Assembly (NCBI GenBank): GCA_018061565.1
Contig: JAGOTX010000001.1
Coordinates: 1 to 39,722 of the forward strand
Reading direction: 5' to 3'
Source of the DNA: Pseudomonadota bacterium
GTDB taxonomy: Bacteria > Pseudomonadota > Alphaproteobacteria > Paracaedibacterales > UBA11393
Length of the DNA: 39,722 bases
The position numbers were made by a program, and so were the translations under genes. Of the stretch, positions 36,381 through 39,722 are shown in pieces (position 1 is the first letter of the stretch; each line of letters begins with the position of its first letter). The notes beneath the pieces are model-generated. The model did no database searches, was not told the DNA's origin, and worked only from the letters and a program-made list of their open reading frames with translations.

Positions 36381-36767
36381 ATGAGCAAGCAAAGGCTAAC
36401 GCCAATTGAGAAGATTAATAAACTCAATGAAAAAATAGAAAAGCTTAAAGTTCAACAGCAAAATGTTCAAAAAACCTTTGAGACAAAAATCACAAACATC
36501 TTAAAAAAAGAAAAAGCATTTAATCATGATTTTAATATTCTTTATGGTGGCATATTAGATCTTTGTCAAAAACTCAATAACCCAAAAAATAATGAATCTG
36601 ATATCCAAAAGTTTCAAAAGCTTGGAGAATTGGCTTTAGATAAAAATAAGAAAAAAGAAAAAAAACAAAAAAATGAAAAAATAGATAATACAAAAAATAA
36701 CAATGATGAAAATTTGAATACGCAAGAAACAAGAAAAACACTTAAACCAAAATATGATCTTTCTTAA
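36381..36767 (+). CDS. Lys/Asn-rich coiled-coil protein, possible relaxosome accessory factor (TraC_Ti position)
   Basis: 128 aa, divergent from traA_Ti across the oriT and immediately upstream of the TraD_Ti-like gene. It has a basic low-complexity tail. The assignment is positional only. Confidence 0.3.
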   Translation: MSKQRLTPIEKINKLNEKIEKLKVQQQNVQKTFETKITNILKKEKAFNHDFNILYGGILDLCQKLNNPKNNESDIQKFQKLGELALDKNKKKEKKQKNEKIDNTKNNNDENLNTQETRKTLKPKYDLS

Positions 36768-36772
36768 AATAA

Positions 36773-37186
36773 ATGGATCAAGCTTATCCTAAAAATTCTA
36801 AAATTACAGATCTTCAAAAAAAGATTAATGATCTTGAACTTAAAAAGAATTCTATAAAGTCTCAACAATTAAACTTTTCTAAAAGTGAGCGCAAAAAAAG
36901 AACAAGAACCCTTATTCAAGCAGGTGCCATTTTAAACATGATGGGCTTTTTTGATATCTGTGATATAGCGGAAGGTGATGATTTAGAACTTGATATAGAA
37001 TCAAAAGATAAGGCTGCTGTTTTAATTGGTATGCTTGAAACATTAAAAAACACACTGCCCCATTCTTTAGATAATCAAGATTTACAAAAATTTAAAAATA
37101 TTGGCATTCGCGTTTTAAAAATGAGGGGAAGACGTTATTTTTTTTTATTGTTATTTAATGTAAAATATGTAATATATCTGATATAA
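36773..37186 (+). CDS. traD_Ti: Ti-type conjugal transfer protein TraD-like (relaxosome accessory)
   Basis: 137 aa. SERKKRTRTLIQAGAILNMMGF...AAVLIGMLETL resembles the Ti TraD signature (RKxDTRxKIxLGGLxxKAGL...ALLLGALL). The hydrophobic C-terminal tail may be read-through. Confidence 0.5.
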   Translation: MDQAYPKNSKITDLQKKINDLELKKNSIKSQQLNFSKSERKKRTRTLIQAGAILNMMGFFDICDIAEGDDLELDIESKDKAAVLIGMLETLKNTLPHSLDNQDLQKFKNIGIRVLKMRGRRYFFLLLFNVKYVIYLI

Positions 37187-37205
37187 ATTTAAATCTTTAT
37201 AAAAA

Positions 37206-38603
37206 ATGTTTTTCAAACTCTTCTTATTTTTATGCTTAACACAACACTCATATTCGACCAACAATACTGATCTACCATCACATAACCATACAAGGTCTGG
37301 AGATATCGATGACTCCTTCTTAGAGGGTATAGCCTCTTTGTTTATTACAGAAGAAGAAAAACAAAAATATTTATTTTTACCAAACCTAAATTCAAAAGAA
37401 AGCTATGTCATTTCGATGTGTCCAATGAATAGCTCTGGTGATGGGTACCATATTTTAGCATATGCTATACTTGCAAAATCACATGAGAAAGAAATTCCAC
37501 CTATTCAGCTAACTTACGATAGTGATGATGATGAGCAAACATCCGAAAGTAAAATGAACAATTATACTGCAGTTTGCAGAACGATAACTTTGGCAAAAGT
37601 TATATCTTGTACAAATCTTTTTCTTGACCCTTTGTATCTTAATCCAGGTGTTAATGCAGAAACAGGAGAACCATACAAAAGAAAAACTTATCAACAAAAT
37701 GTTAGACAACACAATTTAACTCATACACTTAAACATCAGTATACACATTTCATTGATCAAAAATTGTTAACAACCCTTATAGCACAGTATTTTTTACAAT
37801 ATGGAAGAACAGATACTATAAACAAACTTAAAAAGGGTTTTTCAGTTTTTAATGACGGTAATCAACATCTTAAAACAGTCGTCAAAACAGTAAATACTGA
37901 ATATCAAAAAATTATAACAACAATTGGTACAAAACCTCTTGTTATTATTCATGCAAGGTATGCATCAACAGCGAATGATGTGCAAAATATAGAAGATGAT
38001 GCTTTAAACTTAAAAAACTATCTTGTTCAAAATGGTTATTTTGTTTGGTTTATTATGGCAGATGGTCGCTCTAAAGGAACCTCATTTAAACAGTTAAAAA
38101 ATGAAAATAGAACAGATCCTTTTCCTCATTATTTAGAAGGTGATCATACAGATTATGGAAAATTCTATCATTTGCGATTACTTTTAAAATTAACCGAGTT
38201 TCAAAATGTGAAAATTATTGGAAACACCAGTGGAACTTTAGATCTTGCAGCTTTTTTAGGGCATAATGTTTATAATCTCCACATATGGAATAAATCTATG
38301 AACTATCAGTGTGCACGAATTATCATTCAATCAACTTTTTTAACTCTAGATTTAATAACAGCAGATTTTTTAAGTCAATTAGAACCAACAGATGAAGATT
38401 GGAAGCTTTCAAGTTGGCTAATGGGTCAAAAACAAAAAATAAAAACAGATACAGATACAGTTCAAAGTGCTTTCACTGCTCCAACACAAGCTGGGTATAG
38501 AGATCTTTTCTGTATACAAACATTAAACGAAGAAAAATTAGTTCAAATAGAATACTTCGAAAAAATAAAATCATTCTTATTAGAATTACATAAGGATGAT
38601 TGA
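37206..38603 (+). CDS. Hypothetical protein with signal-like N-terminus; C-terminal half resembles a GT-B/GT9 (heptosyltransferase-like) glycosyltransferase
   Basis: 465 aa. LVIIHARYAST...LKNYLVQNGYFVWFIMADG and NVKIIGNTSGTLDLAAFLGHNVYNLHIW resemble the GT9 C-terminal motif (xIGNDSGxMHLAAALGxPxxxLF). The N-terminal 230 aa are unassigned. Confidence 0.35.
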   Translation: MFFKLFLFLCLTQHSYSTNNTDLPSHNHTRSGDIDDSFLEGIASLFITEEEKQKYLFLPNLNSKESYVISMCPMNSSGDGYHILAYAILAKSHEKEIPPIQLTYDSDDDEQTSESKMNNYTAVCRTITLAKVISCTNLFLDPLYLNPGVNAETGEPYKRKTYQQNVRQHNLTHTLKHQYTHFIDQKLLTTLIAQYFLQYGRTDTINKLKKGFSVFNDGNQHLKTVVKTVNTEYQKIITTIGTKPLVIIHARYASTANDVQNIEDDALNLKNYLVQNGYFVWFIMADGRSKGTSFKQLKNENRTDPFPHYLEGDHTDYGKFYHLRLLLKLTEFQNVKIIGNTSGTLDLAAFLGHNVYNLHIWNKSMNYQCARIIIQSTFLTLDLITADFLSQLEPTDEDWKLSSWLMGQKQKIKTDTDTVQSAFTAPTQAGYRDLFCIQTLNEEKLVQIEYFEKIKSFLLELHKDD

Positions 38604-38616
38604 TATGGATTAATAA

Positions 38617-38765
38617 GGCACCGTCAATTTAATTTTTGAGACATAATATAAGACTAATTTTTAATAATTTTCATGCATAAAAATATTAAAATATGAAATT
38701 AATTATTATAATATAAGGCGTTCATTAAAATTAAATTTTGAGCAAAAAGTTAATTTGACGGTGCC
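38617..38765. repeat. Imperfect ~24-bp inverted repeats flanking a ~100-bp AT-rich spacer (MITE/palindromic-element-like or long hairpin)
   Basis: The left arm GGCACCGTCAATTTAATTTTTGAG (38617-38640) pairs with the right arm AGCAAAAAGTTAATTTGACGGTGCC (38741-38765). The 11-bp core GGCACCGTCAA/TTGACGGTGCC is perfect. The element lies between convergent genes. Confidence 0.6.
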
Positions 38766-38867
38766 GATTCACTTGAATATTTTTTACAAATCATGAGATT
38801 TTAAATAAGAGTTTTTACTCTTTTATTCTAACATAAATCATATCTTTATATAAATACTCTCAAAATT

Positions 38868-39539
38868 TCAAAAATTTATAACAGCTCCTCCTTGATAGGG
38901 ATTTATCTCTATTCCCAACTTTCCTGTCATTAACTCATTATCAAAAAAATAATTAGGTTTATGATAAAACCATACAGAGCTTGGTACATTCAATATTTTT
39001 GGTGCATTTATATAAAAAGGCATTTCTTCCAAAAGGTAGTTAACAGATAAAAAAGGATCTCCATTACCAATACTTATACCTGGAATTCTAAAATTACTTA
39101 TAACTTCTTTTGAAAGATTTAAACATTTTTCCTTAAATATTTTGTTTTTTTCATAATGTTCCTTAATTTTATAAAGAGTATCTAAAAAAACATTCGAATT
39201 TTCATAATAATGCCACAATAACAACATATTTTTAGCAGTGGTATTATCAAGTCCATTTCGTTCTAACACTCTTATAACTCTATTAAAAAGGCAATTTATT
39301 TCTTTTCTCACTCTTTTTTCTATTCTTTCTGCGTCATAATTAAAAGCTTTTAAATTCCAAATTGAAGGTTTATCAAATATTATAAAATTACATCTGTTAA
39401 AGTTTCCAGATCCATAATGCCAAAGTTTTTCAATATTATCTTCTTTAAAATAAGAATTCCAAGGACTGAGAAGCAATAGTGCATGATCTCCCTTCTCTAT
39501 CAACTTTTTTGAATTATTACAACAAGGTAAAATGTTCAT
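38868..39539 (-). CDS. tRNA-dependent cyclodipeptide synthase (CDPS, AlbC-like, NYH subfamily)
   Basis: 223 aa. GDHALLLLSPWNSYFKEDN compares with AlbC HALIGISAGNSYFSQKN (catalytic Ser and Asn). VNYLLEEMPFY compares with NYVLAEAPLF (Tyr/Glu). VPSSVWFYH compares with VPSSVLCYH (Tyr-His). A GAGGG RBS lies about 9 nt upstream. Confidence 0.75.
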   Translation of the reverse strand: MNILPCCNNSKKLIEKGDHALLLLSPWNSYFKEDNIEKLWHYGSGNFNRCNFIIFDKPSIWNLKAFNYDAERIEKRVRKEINCLFNRVIRVLERNGLDNTTAKNMLLLWHYYENSNVFLDTLYKIKEHYEKNKIFKEKCLNLSKEVISNFRIPGISIGNGDPFLSVNYLLEEMPFYINAPKILNVPSSVWFYHKPNYFFDNELMTGKLGIEINPYQGGAVINF

Positions 39540-39722
39540 ATATCAAGCCCTCTATTACATATATAAAGTAAATAGTTTCACAAAGGGAAACCCCAAATAG
39601 GCCATGTGTGGGTAAGTAGCCCTTTTTCGGACAACTCAAATCCTTATAGAGTAAGGATTTTAAAAAAACATCCTCTGAAATAATTTTTTTGATATTTCTT
39701 TTTAAGTATTTATTGATGCATT

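Noticed and set aside
39638-39660. 9-bp-stem hairpin AAATCCTTA-TAGAG-TAAGGATTT upstream of the CDPS gene
   Set aside because: It is not a canonical intrinsic terminator on either strand. It is followed by an A-run on the + strand, and the T-run precedes the stem on the - strand. It may be a leader or operator structure, but I have no support for that.
1-39722. CRISPR arrays, tRNA/rRNA genes, integrase/transposase genes and IS termini
   Set aside because: No regularly spaced short direct repeats with unique spacers were seen; the only tandem array has ~148-bp units without spacers. No cloverleaf-like or rRNA-like GC-rich segments were seen. No ORF carries DDE, tyrosine-recombinase or serine-recombinase motifs that I could recognise.

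Overview
AT-rich window with no rRNA, tRNA, CRISPR or transposase that I could see. It reads as a large piece of a conjugative plasmid, or a plasmid-like mobile element, of the kind carried by host-associated or intracellular bacteria. (1) Maintenance block: a ~0.8-kb array of TGTAAY/TGCTAC heptads organised as ~148-bp tandem units, followed by a small Walker ParA, a ParG-like RHH protein, a second RHH protein with a perfect palindrome, and a Rep-like initiator whose C-terminus resembles DnaA domain I. (2) A complete F-type (MPF-F) type IV secretion operon on the + strand: pilin candidate, traL-E-K-B-V-C, a TrbI-like gene, an S26 peptidase, traW-U, trbC, traN-F, then H-G and finally D. It is interrupted by a reverse-strand RelE/ParE-RHH toxin-antitoxin cassette exactly at the traF/traH junction, and by a membrane protein plus a DUF1016/YhcG nuclease between traG and traD. 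(3) A Ti/RSF1010-type DNA-processing module: a 1587-aa MOBQ relaxase-helicase-Toprim primase fusion (TraA_Ti-like), a GC-rich oriT palindrome carrying a tandem AAGTGCGCA nic-core-like motif, and a TraD_Ti-like accessory protein. The F-type Mpf plus Ti-type Dtr combination resembles Rickettsiales RAGE-like elements, but the host cannot be determined from the sequence alone. (4) Very AT-rich cargo. This includes a tightly coupled four-gene operon (XRE regulator, signal-peptide GNAT, two-TM sensor-like protein with a degenerate GHKL-like C-terminus, membrane-anchored NB-ARC/TPR STAND NTPase), which is my best candidate for an undescribed system. Other cargo: a cyclodipeptide synthase, a possible OTU-like cysteine protease, a GT9-like putative glycosyltransferase and a secreted glycine-rich repeat protein. 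All homology calls are motif recognition by eye; no searches were run.
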